DNA of 38,559 nt from Patescibacteria group bacterium (GCA_024654605.1 JANLHH010000054.1:1-38559), one strand, 5' to 3'. Shown: positions 1 to 8,922, numbered from the stretch's first letter. The notes: a model not told the origin generated them from the sequence alone. A program made the numbers and translations.

Positions 1-55
1 AACCCACAACCCCTTGGTCCGAAGCCAAGTACTCTATCCATTGAGCTACGGGCGC
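1..55 (-). tRNA. tRNA-Arg (anticodon UCG), 5' part only; the 3' end lies beyond the window edge
   Basis: The reverse complement reads GCGCCCG-TA-GCTC-AATGGATA-GAGT-A-CTTGG-CTTCGGA-CCAAG-GGGTT-GTGGGTT. This gives an acceptor stem, D arm, anticodon stem-loop with U33 and TCG at 34-36, and the start of the T arm. Confidence 0.85.
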
Positions 56-118
56 AACATAAGCAATCATACAGAAGAATTGGGAAAATATCAAAGAATA
101 CAGTAGAATATAGTTGTC

Positions 119-1591
119 ATGTCAAAAATGTTTACTATCCCCAAAGAGGTTTCCCGTGTAACGAATGCGCTACTGGAGACAGGTTTTGAGGCCTATTTAA
201 TAGGCGGTTGTGTGCGTGATCTTTTGCGAAACAAAAAACCAAAGGACTGGGATATTACTACCAACGCAACACCGGAAAAAATCCAAGGGCTCTTTGAAAA
301 ATCATTCTATGAAAATGAGTATGGTACGGTCGGGGTGGTTAACGAGGACACAGAGGATAAGACACTCAAGATTATTGAGGTTACGCCGTATCGTATTGAA
401 GGAAAATACACTGATGGACGAAGACCGACTGAAATTCATTTCAATGCTACGTTAGAAGATGATTTGAAACGAAGAGACTTCACAGTAAATGCCATCGCGT
501 ATGACCCATCTAATGGACAAATAGTTGACCTTTATAACGGTCTTACTGACATAAAGGACAAAATTATCCGTACGGTGGGGGAGCCGGAAGAACGTTTCTC
601 TGAGGATTATCTTCGTATTCTCCGCGCGATACGCCTTGCTACAGAACTCGGTTTCACGATTAACACCTATACGGAGGAAGCAATCAAGAAAAACGCCCCT
701 AATCTGGAAAAGATCTCTCGCGAACGAGTACGAGATGAATTCTCAAAGATCCTTATGTCACAACACCCAATGAATGGCATCATCCTTGCTCACGAGCTAG
801 AAGTGCTCAAATATATTGCTCCGGAGATTGAGGAGGGGATTGGTGTGGAGCAGAATGGTGACCATATTTATGATGTGTGGGAACACAATCTGCGCGCGCT
901 TCAGCATTCTGCCGACCGAGATTGGCCGTTTCATATCCGGATTGCAGCACTCTTGCATGATGTATCAAAACCCGAGACAAGACGCTGGTCAAAAGAAAAA
1001 GATGACTGGACATTCTATGGTCATGATGTAGTGGGCGGGCGTGTCGCCAAAAAGATTCTTACGCGACTCAAATACTCCAATGCGGAGATTGATGTGGTGT
1101 CCAAACTAGTACGCCATCATCTATTCTTTACGGACATTGAAAAGATCACTCTCTCTGCGGTGCGCCGTATTGTTCGCAATGTTGGTCCCGAAAATGTGTG
1201 GGATCTGATGAAAGTGCGTGCATGCGACCGTATCGGCATGGGGCGACCAAAAGAAACGCCATATCGTTTACGCAAATATGAGTCAATGATTGAGGAAGCC
1301 ATGCGCGCGCCCGTGTCGGTGGCAAAGCTTGCCATTGATGGCGCGCGTATTATGGAAATTACAAAAGTAACTCCAGGACCAAAGATCGGCTTTATCCTGC
1401 ATGCGCTCTTGGAAGAAGTCTTAGATAACCCAAAACAAAATACTCAAGAATATCTGGAGAAACGCGTACAAGAACTTGCAAAACTCCCTGAAAAAGAATT
1501 GGAAAAACTTGGAGAGGCGGGAAAAGAAAAAAAAGAGGAGGAGGAAGAAAAAGAGCTCGCTCTAATCCGCAAGCGACACTGGGTAAAGTAA
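119..1591 (+). CDS. cca: CCA-adding enzyme / tRNA nucleotidyltransferase with C-terminal HD domain
   Basis: 490-aa ORF. The N-terminus carries the class II nucleotidyltransferase signature (LIGGCVRDLL..KDWDI, RRDFTVNA). A later HD-type motif (LLHDVSKP, HH) is present, followed by a Lys/Glu-rich tail. Confidence 0.9.
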   Translation: MSKMFTIPKEVSRVTNALLETGFEAYLIGGCVRDLLRNKKPKDWDITTNATPEKIQGLFEKSFYENEYGTVGVVNEDTEDKTLKIIEVTPYRIEGKYTDGRRPTEIHFNATLEDDLKRRDFTVNAIAYDPSNGQIVDLYNGLTDIKDKIIRTVGEPEERFSEDYLRILRAIRLATELGFTINTYTEEAIKKNAPNLEKISRERVRDEFSKILMSQHPMNGIILAHELEVLKYIAPEIEEGIGVEQNGDHIYDVWEHNLRALQHSADRDWPFHIRIAALLHDVSKPETRRWSKEKDDWTFYGHDVVGGRVAKKILTRLKYSNAEIDVVSKLVRHHLFFTDIEKITLSAVRRIVRNVGPENVWDLMKVRACDRIGMGRPKETPYRLRKYESMIEEAMRAPVSVAKLAIDGARIMEITKVTPGPKIGFILHALLEEVLDNPKQNTQEYLEKRVQELAKLPEKELEKLGEAGKEKKEEEEEKELALIRKRHWVK

Positions 1592-1603
1592 GGAAGTATA
1601 AAA

Positions 1604-1627
1604 AAGACCTTGCGTTTGCAAGGTCTT
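1604..1627 (+). terminator. Hairpin terminator candidate after cca
   Basis: AAGACCTTGC-gttt-GCAAGGTCTT is a perfect 10-bp stem 13 nt after the cca stop. The U tail is weak. Confidence 0.55.
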
Positions 1628-1654
1628 ATGGTTCTTAATGGTGTACTCATGTCC

Positions 1655-1816
1655 TGCTAGGCGGCGGTCTACGATGGGGAGACAAACCTCGGTAGCCTCT
1701 ACTTGACGAGAGTGGTCATGTTCAGAAAAATCATGAACAGTGCTCCGTAAAACGTCTCGATAAGGAGACTGGGTTTGTCTTTCTTGTGAAGACCCATCGT
1801 AACCAACCGCCTAGCA
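1655..1816. ncRNA. Candidate structured RNA with a rod-like, about 30-bp interrupted closing helix (possibly 6S-like); class and strand unresolved
   Basis: Pairings: 1655-1664 with 1807-1816 (10 bp), 1666-1668 with 1802-1804, 1671-1678 with 1793-1800 (8 bp), and 1680-1688 with 1772-1780 (9 bp). Inner hairpins occur (TGTTCA..TGAACA, GTCTC..GAGAC). It sits in a 298-nt gap between convergent genes with no credible ORF. Confidence 0.5.
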
Positions 1817-1889
1817 TTCCAACAAACTCCGCCCATTATTATACAGAGAAGTGTCTTCTGGTCAAGTTTCCCGTACGCTACATCGAGTG

Positions 1890-2660
1890 TTACTTAATCT
1901 CCATTGTCACCGGACAATGATCGGAACCATATACCTCGCTAAGAATTTTTATTGCGGTTATCTTCGTCGAGAGTATGTTTGAAACAAAGAAATAATCTAT
2001 ACGCCATCCCACGTTGCGGTCGCGGGCGCGTGTTTTCATATCCCAATACGTGTACGCACCCGTTTTGTCGGGGTAGAAGTGCCGAAACACATCCACAAAC
2101 CCTTGTGCGATTACTTCATCTATCCATGCGCGCTCCTCAGGCAAAAACCCGGTATTTTTTTCGTTCTCTTTCGGACGCGCAAGATCAATCGCTTCATGAG
2201 CGGTATTCACATCACCGCAAAAAATAATTTTCTTTTCTTTCTTTCGCAGTTTTTCAATATATGCCAAGAACGCATCGTAAAAGTCCAGTTTATATTGGAG
2301 GCGATCGGGTCCACCGCCACCATTGGGGAAATAGACGTTCAGTAATACAAAATTCTTAAAGTGTACAACGAGTGTGCGCCCTTCGTCATCAAACTTTTTT
2401 ATCCCCAGGCCGTATTCCACCTTTGTCGGTTTCTCCTTGGTATAGATCGCAACCCCGCTATATCCTTTTTTGACCTTTGAGGAAGCGAAGTAGGCATAGT
2501 AGCCGGCAATGGATCGCAATTCGTCCGGCAATTGCTCTTCGGATGCTTTGGTTTCCTGCAAACACAGCATGTCCGGCTTCTCTTTTTTGAGAAAATCCAA
2601 AAAACCATCCTTCCGATGTATCGCCCGCAGGCCGTTCACATTCCATGAGATAATTTTCAT
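1890..2660 (-). CDS. xth: Exodeoxyribonuclease III (AP endonuclease, ExoIII/APE1 family)
   Basis: 256-aa ORF starting MKIISWNVNGLRA, with LCLQETK, the CGDVN-type catalytic region and SDHCPV at the C-terminus. A TGCTATAAT -10 lies 6 nt upstream of the ATG. Confidence 0.93.
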   Translation of the reverse strand: MKIISWNVNGLRAIHRKDGFLDFLKKEKPDMLCLQETKASEEQLPDELRSIAGYYAYFASSKVKKGYSGVAIYTKEKPTKVEYGLGIKKFDDEGRTLVVHFKNFVLLNVYFPNGGGGPDRLQYKLDFYDAFLAYIEKLRKKEKKIIFCGDVNTAHEAIDLARPKENEKNTGFLPEERAWIDEVIAQGFVDVFRHFYPDKTGAYTYWDMKTRARDRNVGWRIDYFFVSNILSTKITAIKILSEVYGSDHCPVTMEIK

Positions 2661-2865
2661 GACACGATTATAGCACAGCGCGAAGATTCGTTTAGCTGGA
2701 ACATTGACTCCTTTTGCATACCTGCAATAAAAGGTATTAAACCTTTTGTTATACCGTCACTTGGACGGAATACAAACTCCAGTAATGTGGTCACGGCTGG
2801 AGCTTGCATTCCACTCCTCGCTAGGCATAATAATACGAGAAGGCACATCCACGCGGAGGCTACCC

Positions 2866-3114
2866 ATGGCAAAGCTCGGTATTAGGCAGAGGTATTACAT
2901 TATCGTACCTATTTTTCACCGACTCTTTAAAGAGTATCCTGAACTGGCGATTGTCGTACGAGGCATACTTCAAAAGATGGTGACGCACGGGCATATCACC
3001 GAAGGAGCACGCCAGGTGTTTTTGGAATCCATTCCTATTCCTCTTTCACCGGTAACGTCCGACAAAGAGGTAACACAAAAGAATAAAACCAGAAAAGTAC
3101 CCATAAAAAAGTGA
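2866..3114 (+). CDS. Small hypothetical protein (82 aa)
   Basis: ATG at 2866 is preceded by GGAGG (2855-2859) at 6-nt spacing, the only canonical SD I found in the window. A GC hairpin with a T run follows at 3114-3140. No family recognised. Confidence 0.45.
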   Translation: MAKLGIRQRYYIIVPIFHRLFKEYPELAIVVRGILQKMVTHGHITEGARQVFLESIPIPLSPVTSDKEVTQKNKTRKVPIKK

Positions 3115-3140
3115 AGCGCGTCCTCGGGCGCGCTTTTTTT
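3114..3140. terminator. GC-rich hairpin with T run, possibly a bidirectional terminator
   Basis: AGCGCG..CGCGC stem followed by TTTTTTT. It lies between the convergent 2866 ORF and the recombinase gene. Confidence 0.6.
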
Positions 3141-3179
3141 CTTTCTATGAAAGTATTTGAGTGAGGCTTGCATGCTGTA

Positions 3180-4097
3180 CTACTTCCTCCTCTTCCCATG
3201 AAACGTCTTGTGTACCTCGCGGAGTTGTTTGTCGGTCACATGGGTATACACTTGGGTCGTCTGGATACTGGAATGCCCGAGCATCATCTGCACACTCCTG
3301 ATATCGGCGCCGTTTGAAAGCAGGTCGGTGGCAAAGCTGTGGCGAATGATATGGGGAGTCACTTTTCTGGAAATACCCGCCTTGATCGCGTAGTATTTCA
3401 CGATCCGTTCCACGGAGCGCGAGGTTAGGCGCATGGAAGAAGCTTTGTCCGCGCCGCGGCCAAGCTGAACGAAAAGCGCGTCATCCATGTCGGTCCGCTT
3501 ATCCAAATATTTTTTCACTGCTTCGCGGGCAGAAGGGGAGAGGAACACCACGCGTATCTTTTCCCGTTTTCCACGCACAGAAAATTCGTCTTTGGAGAGA
3601 TCAAGGTCGCGCGGAAGACCGCATAGTTCGGAGACGCGAAGGCCTGTAGAGAACAAAAGCTCCATGATCGCGCGGTCGCGCAGGCTTTTCACGTCGTCTC
3701 CTTCCGCGGCGGCCATGATCCGCTCAAGCTCTTCACCGGAAATAAGATCCAAACTCCGATCTGCAACAGCAGCCAGTTCGATCTTCTCGGGCGCAAGCGA
3801 GGCGATACCCCGTTTTGCGAGATACTTCAGGAACATGCGCAGGGCTATGAGGTAGTAATTCTGCGTTTTTTTCTTGAGTGTTTCCGACTCGTTGCCTCCT
3901 TGCTGCCTGTTGAGCCACAACCGAAATTTCCGTACGGTTTCGTCGGTAATCTCTTTCGGTTTGGTAATATCGGCAAAAAAAAGGAAGCGTTTCAGGTACC
4001 GATCATAATTCTCAACGGTTTTCAGGCTGCGTCCCCGCTCTATCTCAAGATATTCCAAAAATTCATTCCTTAGTTCCCCGATATTGCTTGATCCCAT
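3180..4097 (-). CDS. xerC: Tyrosine site-specific recombinase, XerC/XerD family
   Basis: It has an N-terminal SAM-like core-binding domain and a C-terminal catalytic region with R (GLRVSEL), HxxRHSFAT, GH and the nucleophile Y (VYTHV). I chose the ATG at 4097 because TATAAT (4110-4105, minus strand) lies 7 nt upstream. The track start at 4115 is a TTG. Confidence 0.85.
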   Translation of the reverse strand: MGSSNIGELRNEFLEYLEIERGRSLKTVENYDRYLKRFLFFADITKPKEITDETVRKFRLWLNRQQGGNESETLKKKTQNYYLIALRMFLKYLAKRGIASLAPEKIELAAVADRSLDLISGEELERIMAAAEGDDVKSLRDRAIMELLFSTGLRVSELCGLPRDLDLSKDEFSVRGKREKIRVVFLSPSAREAVKKYLDKRTDMDDALFVQLGRGADKASSMRLTSRSVERIVKYYAIKAGISRKVTPHIIRHSFATDLLSNGADIRSVQMMLGHSSIQTTQVYTHVTDKQLREVHKTFHGKRRK

Positions 4098-4157
4098 TAT
4101 CTTTATTATACCCAAGGGTCGGAAAATATGCTAAACACGGGAGGCGAGGGTGGGGGC

Positions 4158-4186
4158 TTGCAGAATAAAGGGTTTTGTGCTATTGT
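4158..4186 (+). promoter_or_regulatory. Sigma70-type promoter for rpsO (TTGCAG-17 nt-TATTGT with TG extension)
   Basis: TTGCAG at 4158-4163 and TGCTATTGT at 4178-4186. The ATG at 4195 is 8 nt after the -10, implying a leaderless or near-leaderless transcript. Confidence 0.55.
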
Positions 4187-4194
4187 TATTACCA

Positions 4195-4464
4195 ATGCTT
4201 ACGAAGAAGAAAAAAGAGAATATCATCAAAAAGAGCCGGGTTCACGACAAGGATACCGGTTCTGCGGAAGTGCAGATCGGTCTTTTATCCAAAAGTATTG
4301 ATGAACTAGCTTCTCATCTCAAGAAGCACAACAAGGACAATCACTCACGCAGAGGATTGCTGCAGATGGTTGCCGATAGGCGATCTCACTTGAAGTACCT
4401 CCAGAAGAAGGACGAGAAACGGTACAATAAGATTGTGAAAGAGTTGGGATTAAAAGCAAAGTAG
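4195..4464 (+). CDS. rpsO: 30S ribosomal protein S15
   Basis: Contains GSAEVQIGLLSKSI..L..HLKKHNKDNHSRRGLLQMV..R..LKYL, which is the S15 signature. At 89 aa from the ATG at 4195 it has the canonical length. The track's GTG at 4150 would add a hydrophobic non-S15 leader. Confidence 0.93.
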   Translation: MLTKKKKENIIKKSRVHDKDTGSAEVQIGLLSKSIDELASHLKKHNKDNHSRRGLLQMVADRRSHLKYLQKKDEKRYNKIVKELGLKAK

Positions 4465-4475
4465 TTACAAATTTT

Positions 4476-4508
4476 CAAACGCTCCGCTCCCCGGAGCGTT
4501 TGATTTTT
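4476..4508 (+). terminator. Rho-independent terminator after rpsO
   Basis: CAAACGCTCCG-loop-CGGAGCGTTTG followed by ATTTTT. Confidence 0.75.
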
Positions 4509-4524
4509 AATAAAAAATACCTTT

Positions 4525-5064
4525 ATGTCAGTTATTAAACATAAACAACAGCGTGTTGGCGTATTTATTGACACACAGAACCTCTATCACAGCGCGAAAA
4601 ATCTCTATCAATCGCGCGTAAATTTTGATGCAGTCTTAAGAGAAGCGGTGGGGGGAAGACAACTCGTTCGTGCTATCGCCTACGTCATCACTACCGAGAA
4701 AGGCGAGGAGAAAGGTTTTTTTGAAGCACTTGAAAAACTGGGTATTGAAACCAAAACAAAAGACCTGCAGATATTTTATGGAGGAGCCAAGAAGGCGGAT
4801 TGGGATGTGGGAATCGCTGTTGACGCCATTCGCTTGGCGCCAAGGATTGATGCGGCCATCATTATTTCGGGGGACGGCGACTTTGTGCCTCTCGTTGAGT
4901 ATTTGAAATTCAGCGCCGGAACTCAAGTAGAAGCGATCGCGTTCGGCAAGTCCTCATCGGGTAAGTTGCGCGAATCAGTGGATGATTTCATAGACCTCGA
5001 CAGTGATCCGAGAAAATTCTTGATCGGCTACCGACAGGGAAGACCGCAAAGAATAAAGAAGTAG
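4525..5064 (+). CDS. NYN-domain (LabA/DUF88-like) putative RNase
   Basis: VGVFIDTQNLYHSAK, DWDVGIAVDAI and IISGDGDFVPLVEYLK match the LabA-like NYN/PIN-like fold pattern. Confidence 0.8.
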   Translation: MSVIKHKQQRVGVFIDTQNLYHSAKNLYQSRVNFDAVLREAVGGRQLVRAIAYVITTEKGEEKGFFEALEKLGIETKTKDLQIFYGGAKKADWDVGIAVDAIRLAPRIDAAIIISGDGDFVPLVEYLKFSAGTQVEAIAFGKSSSGKLRESVDDFIDLDSDPRKFLIGYRQGRPQRIKK

Positions 5065-5122
5065 AAGAAGACAAAGACGTTCGCAAAAATGAATAGGCCC
5101 ATTGCGCAGTGGGTCTCATATA

Positions 5123-5154
5123 AAAAAACCCCCGCATTACGATGCGGGGGTTTT
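5123..5154. terminator. Bidirectional rho-independent terminator
   Basis: AAAAAAACCCCCGCAT-tacg-ATGCGGGGGTTTT. The A run on one side and T run on the other serve both convergent genes. Confidence 0.75.
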
Positions 5155-5179
5155 GGATGAGGAGTAAACAAACGGGTCG

Positions 5180-5380
5180 TTAATCCTTTATATCTTTTTG
5201 TTGCATGATTTCCTTTTGATCGCTGAAGGGATGAATATCCGTGCAGGGTCTGCCTCCGTGCTCTCGCCTTCCGATGAGGGGCGATGTGTCAATGGGGCAA
5301 AATGCCCCCTCTTGTATTTCCGGGCTTTCATCGGCCTTGTCATTCATACTGTTTTCTCCCTCTGGGTTTTGGGCAACCAT
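5180..5380 (-). CDS. Small hypothetical protein (66 aa from the internal ATG)
   Basis: The ORF ends 25 nt before the bidirectional terminator, whose stronger T run is on this strand. No family recognised and the start is uncertain (5419 or 5380). Confidence 0.3.
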   Translation of the reverse strand: MVAQNPEGENSMNDKADESPEIQEGAFCPIDTSPLIGRREHGGRPCTDIHPFSDQKEIMQQKDIKD

Positions 5381-5491
5381 GTGCCAATTAATAAAGAACA
5401 ATAAAAAAACCACATGCACTGTAGCATATAGTTTGTATTAGTACAAATCTGCCTTTAAAAAACGTCGATCATAATGATATACTATTCCTAA

Positions 5492-6799
5492 ATGGATAGT
5501 GAAGAAAAAAACAGGGAAGAACAAAAAGAGGAAGGGGATTCTTCCCAAAATTATTCTGCAAAACCGGATGAAAATTTTAAAAAAATATCCGATCTGTTCA
5601 AAACGGTAAATAATACCGGTGGACAGTTCTCCGACACACCTCAAGGGGGAAGCGCTATTCCGATCAATAAGGGAGCGCCGAGTAACACCGAAACAGGAAC
5701 AACAAAAATGGAAGGGGTGCCACCACCCGCGCCCTCTCTGTCGCGCAAAGAGGACATCTTGCTTGACACTCATGGAGAAAAGCAAACCGCGGTCAAAGAT
5801 CCGTTATTTGCGGCGCGTATCCTGAAACAGGAGCAGGAATCTCTCGTACGACCAACGGCAATTCTCCCAAAAATTTCTCGAATCACTCCGGTTATGCCCC
5901 GCGAAGGGGAGGAAGAGGGAGACACTGAAGTCAAAACGATACGCACGTATCAAAGTGATGTCGCGGAAGCACTCAAAAAACAGAAAACATCGGTTATTCA
6001 AATGGTGCTTGCGGAACATAAGCGCAAAGAAACAAACGTAGAAGAACTTTCTCCCACATCAAAAAAAAATCTGCCAGTACTCTTAGTGAGCGCGCTTTTC
6101 ATAGTCTTGAGTGTGCTACTTATCGGCGGAGCTGGGTTTTATTTTTTGAGCAAAAATAAAAGTGCTGAAAATCCGACGCAAGAAAACAAGGTTTCTTCTA
6201 TAGTCCTCGCGGAAGAAAAAAAAGGAATAGATATCACTGGTCTCTCCCGGGATAGAATAATAGACGAGGTACACAAAGAAATGAATGCTTCAAACCTTCG
6301 TCTTGATTCCGTTCTCAATATTTATTTTGCTGAACGCATTAATCCATCTTTGCCGCTCTCTCAGACAAATACTCTGCGGCTCGTCAGTACGGAAAGATTC
6401 TTCAGCGCGCTTGAGAGTAAAATACCAAACGCGCTGTCGCGCTCCCTTGAGTCACCGTTCATGCTTGGTGTACACGCGTTCAACGGCAATGAGGCGTTCC
6501 TTATATTAAAAACAAACTTTTTTGAGAACGCGTTTGCGGGAATGCTTAAATGGGAAGAATTCATGGCCCGGGAACTCTTGCCGCTATTCGCATCACCTGC
6601 AGGGAAGGAAGTCTACGACAGGAATTTCCAGGATTTCGTGCTGAAGAACAAAGATCTGCGTGTTCTTTACAGTGAGACGGGCGAAATCGTACTTTTATAC
6701 TCTTTCTATGACAATAATACAATCGTTATAAGCACGAGTCCCGATACGCTTGACGAGGTCACTTCGCGACTCAGCAGACCAAAAGAAAGCGGATTCTAA
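5492..6799 (+). CDS. Hypothetical single-pass membrane protein with a disordered N-terminal half
   Basis: 435 aa. The N-terminal region of about 200 aa is low-complexity and charged. One TM helix (LPVLLVSALFIVLSVLLIGGAGFYFL) is followed by an ectodomain of about 200 aa. TGATATACT (5475-5483) lies 8 nt before the ATG. Confidence 0.7.
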   Translation: MDSEEKNREEQKEEGDSSQNYSAKPDENFKKISDLFKTVNNTGGQFSDTPQGGSAIPINKGAPSNTETGTTKMEGVPPPAPSLSRKEDILLDTHGEKQTAVKDPLFAARILKQEQESLVRPTAILPKISRITPVMPREGEEEGDTEVKTIRTYQSDVAEALKKQKTSVIQMVLAEHKRKETNVEELSPTSKKNLPVLLVSALFIVLSVLLIGGAGFYFLSKNKSAENPTQENKVSSIVLAEEKKGIDITGLSRDRIIDEVHKEMNASNLRLDSVLNIYFAERINPSLPLSQTNTLRLVSTERFFSALESKIPNALSRSLESPFMLGVHAFNGNEAFLILKTNFFENAFAGMLKWEEFMARELLPLFASPAGKEVYDRNFQDFVLKNKDLRVLYSETGEIVLLYSFYDNNTIVISTSPDTLDEVTSRLSRPKESGF

Positions 6800-6844
6800 G
6801 GGGTCGGCCTCCTTTTTGCTTTTTAAAAGCGCCAATGCTATCAT

Positions 6845-7216
6845 ATGACCCATATGACGATAGATATACCACATTTTAAAATGCTTCTGCAGAACGAGAG
6901 AGAGCGTCTCTTGCGTGAGTTAGCCGGTCTGGGGCATGTTAATCCAGCCAATGTGAGTGATTGGGAGGCAACACCGGAGGATCGGGACACGATGCGCGCT
7001 GATAAAAATGAAGCAGCAGACGCCGTAGAAGAGTATGAGTCGCGCGCGGCGGTAGAAGTAACCCTTGAAAATCATCTTCAGAACATAACAGCGGCACTGG
7101 AGAGAATTGAGAACAACACCTATGGCGTATGCAGGATTGGCGGAGAGGCGATTGAGGAAGACCGATTGGAGGCAAACCCCGCGGCAACAACCTGTAAAGC
7201 GCATCTTGAGGAGTAA
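6845..7216 (+). CDS. TraR/DksA-family (YteA-like) protein with a degenerate zinc finger
   Basis: A coiled-coil N-terminal part is followed by the C-terminal YGVCRIGGEAIEEDRLEANPAATTCKAH. This matches the DksA/TraR CxxC..RL.A.P....CxxC region but keeps only 2 Cys. The start may be the second ATG at 6854. Confidence 0.75.
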   Translation: MTHMTIDIPHFKMLLQNERERLLRELAGLGHVNPANVSDWEATPEDRDTMRADKNEAADAVEEYESRAAVEVTLENHLQNITAALERIENNTYGVCRIGGEAIEEDRLEANPAATTCKAHLEE

Positions 7217-7231
7217 AAAATTTTCTTTTAT

Positions 7232-7264
7232 AAAAAACAACCACTGTTCGGTGGTTGTTTTTTT
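7232..7264 (+). terminator. Rho-independent terminator
   Basis: AAAAAACAACCAC-tgttcg-GTGGTTGTTTTTTT. Confidence 0.75.
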
Positions 7265-7291
7265 ACATTCCTGCTATGATAAAAATCATAC

Positions 7292-8845
7292 ATGCGGTAT
7301 TTCTCAAAAGTATTCTCGGTGCAAACAACGGGACTTCACGCATGCGTAATAGACGTAGAAGTTGATGTCACCAAAAAAACACTTTATGCGTTCGCTATTG
7401 TGGGGCTTCCCGACAAAGCGGTGGAGGAATCCCGAGACCGCGTCTCGGCTGCAATCAAAAATTCAGGATTCACCTCTCCTAAAAACCAAAACCAAAAGGT
7501 GGTCATTTCTCTTGCTCCCGCCGACCTGAAAAAAGAAGGTCCCAGTTTTGATCTGCCTATGGCGATTGCGTATCTTCTCGCGGTCAACGACATTTCATTT
7601 GACCCGGCAGAAAAATTATTTTTGGGAGAACTTTCTTTGGACGGCACTGTGCGCCCGATTAAAGGCGTCCTTGTTCTGGCACAAGAAGCAAAAAAGCGAG
7701 GATTTAAAGAAATATATCTTCCCAAGGAAAATGCCGCTGAGGGGGCACTTATTGAAGGCATTTCCGTCTTCGGTGTAGAGACATTGAAAGAAGTAGTGGA
7801 GCATTTGCATAAAAAAGGAGAATTGAAAGAATCTCCCGGGCTAGAACCACAGCAGAGAACTATTATCCCCTCCCGTGCCACACCGACACCCTCGGTTGAT
7901 TTTTCTGACGTGAAGGGACAGGAGAGCGCGAAACGTGGGCTCTTGCTTGCGGCGGGAGGAGGACATAATGTGGCAATGTACGGACCGCCCGGCACCGGAA
8001 AAACGATGCTCGCCAGAGCGTTTGCGGAAATTCTCCCCGAACTCTCCTTCAATGAAGCGCTTGAGGTAACCGGCATTCATTCCGTAGCGGGAACACTGGA
8101 AGGACATCTGATGACCTCCTCACCGTTTCGTTCTCCGCATCACACAGCGTCATATACCTCAATCGTGGGGGGAGGCAGTATTCCCAAACCGGGAGAGATC
8201 ACGCTCGCGCATCGCGGCGTGCTTTTTCTGGACGAATTTCCCGAGTTTGAAAAGCGTGTTCTAGAGTCCTTGCGTCAGCCGTTGGAAGATAAAATCGTAA
8301 ACATCTCACGCGTGAAAGGGTCTGCGCAATTCCCCGCAAATTTTATTCTCGTTGCCGCGATGAATCCCTGTCCGTGCGGTAATTACGGCACGGAAAAGAC
8401 CTGCTCCTGCACACCGGCGCATTTATTGAAGTATCAGCGGAAACTTTCGGGTCCTATTATGGACAGAATTGATATCTGGCTCTCTGTCGGATCGGTTGAT
8501 TATCGAAAACTCTCGGAAGAAACCGTTGGCGCGGAGAAAAGTGTAGACATCAGAGAACGCGTTTCTCAAGCACGGGAGACACAACGTAAACGTTTTCAGG
8601 GTGCATCGCGCGGCATCACCACCAATAGCGAAATGGGTGCGCGCGATATTAGAGATCTCATCTTTCTGCCGGAGAATGTGAAAGAAATATTAAACCAATC
8701 TTCGGAGAGACTAGGTCTCTCCGCTCGCGCCTACCACAAAGTCATCAAAGTGGCGCGCACTATCGCCGATTTGGAAGGTGCTCAAGAAATCACCGAGGGT
8801 CATCTCATGGAAGCGCTCCAATACAGACCTCGTATGCATGGTTGA
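7292..8845 (+). CDS. comM: Mg-chelatase-like AAA+ protein YifB/ComM
   Basis: 517 aa. It has an N-terminal Lon-protease-like domain, Walker A (GPPGTGKTM), Walker B (VLFLDEFPEF), the Cys cluster NPCPCGN...CSC and a C-terminal ChlI-like helix bundle. TGCTATGAT lies 11 nt before the ATG. Confidence 0.92.
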   Translation: MRYFSKVFSVQTTGLHACVIDVEVDVTKKTLYAFAIVGLPDKAVEESRDRVSAAIKNSGFTSPKNQNQKVVISLAPADLKKEGPSFDLPMAIAYLLAVNDISFDPAEKLFLGELSLDGTVRPIKGVLVLAQEAKKRGFKEIYLPKENAAEGALIEGISVFGVETLKEVVEHLHKKGELKESPGLEPQQRTIIPSRATPTPSVDFSDVKGQESAKRGLLLAAGGGHNVAMYGPPGTGKTMLARAFAEILPELSFNEALEVTGIHSVAGTLEGHLMTSSPFRSPHHTASYTSIVGGGSIPKPGEITLAHRGVLFLDEFPEFEKRVLESLRQPLEDKIVNISRVKGSAQFPANFILVAAMNPCPCGNYGTEKTCSCTPAHLLKYQRKLSGPIMDRIDIWLSVGSVDYRKLSEETVGAEKSVDIRERVSQARETQRKRFQGASRGITTNSEMGARDIRDLIFLPENVKEILNQSSERLGLSARAYHKVIKVARTIADLEGAQEITEGHLMEALQYRPRMHG

Positions 8846-8846
8846 A

Positions 8847-8901
8847 ACCCGAGTAAAAAAACACACCCCGATGTAATCGGGGTGTGTTTTTTTACTCGGG
8901 T
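8847..8901. terminator. Long bidirectional terminator hairpin
   Basis: ACCCGAGTAAAAAAACACACCCCGAT-gtaa-TCGGGGTGTGTTTTTTTACTCGGGT, between convergent comM and the peptidase gene. Confidence 0.8.
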
Positions 8902-8922
8902 ATTATCTAGGTCTCTTTGTAT

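Noticed and set aside
1655-1816. Assigning the structured RNA to SRP RNA, RNase P RNA or tmRNA.
   Set aside because: On neither strand did I find the SRP helix-8 GGAA/AGCAGCC motif, the RNase P GAGGAAAGUCC motif, or a tmRNA tRNA-like end or tag ORF. The class is left open.
2661-2865. A possible ncRNA in the 205-nt xth/2866 divergent spacer.
   Set aside because: It is explained adequately by two divergent promoters (TGCTATAAT for xth) and the SD-containing leader of the 2866 ORF. I found no extended helices.
1-4097. A tRNA gene followed within 4 kb by a tyrosine recombinase, which could mark a tRNA-integrated genomic island.
   Set aside because: The intervening genes (cca, xth) are housekeeping. 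The recombinase has the XerC/XerD two-domain layout, and I saw no repeat of the tRNA 3' end. The tRNA 3' end is outside the window, however.
7384-8076. A 230-aa minus-strand ORF inside comM. Similar long antisense ORFs occur at 15513-16097, 19627-20106, 18627-18953, 26673-27080, 33571-34050, 36515-36982 and 36998-37459.
   Set aside because: Each is fully nested antisense within a confidently identified or better-supported CDS, and each has a compositionally odd translation.
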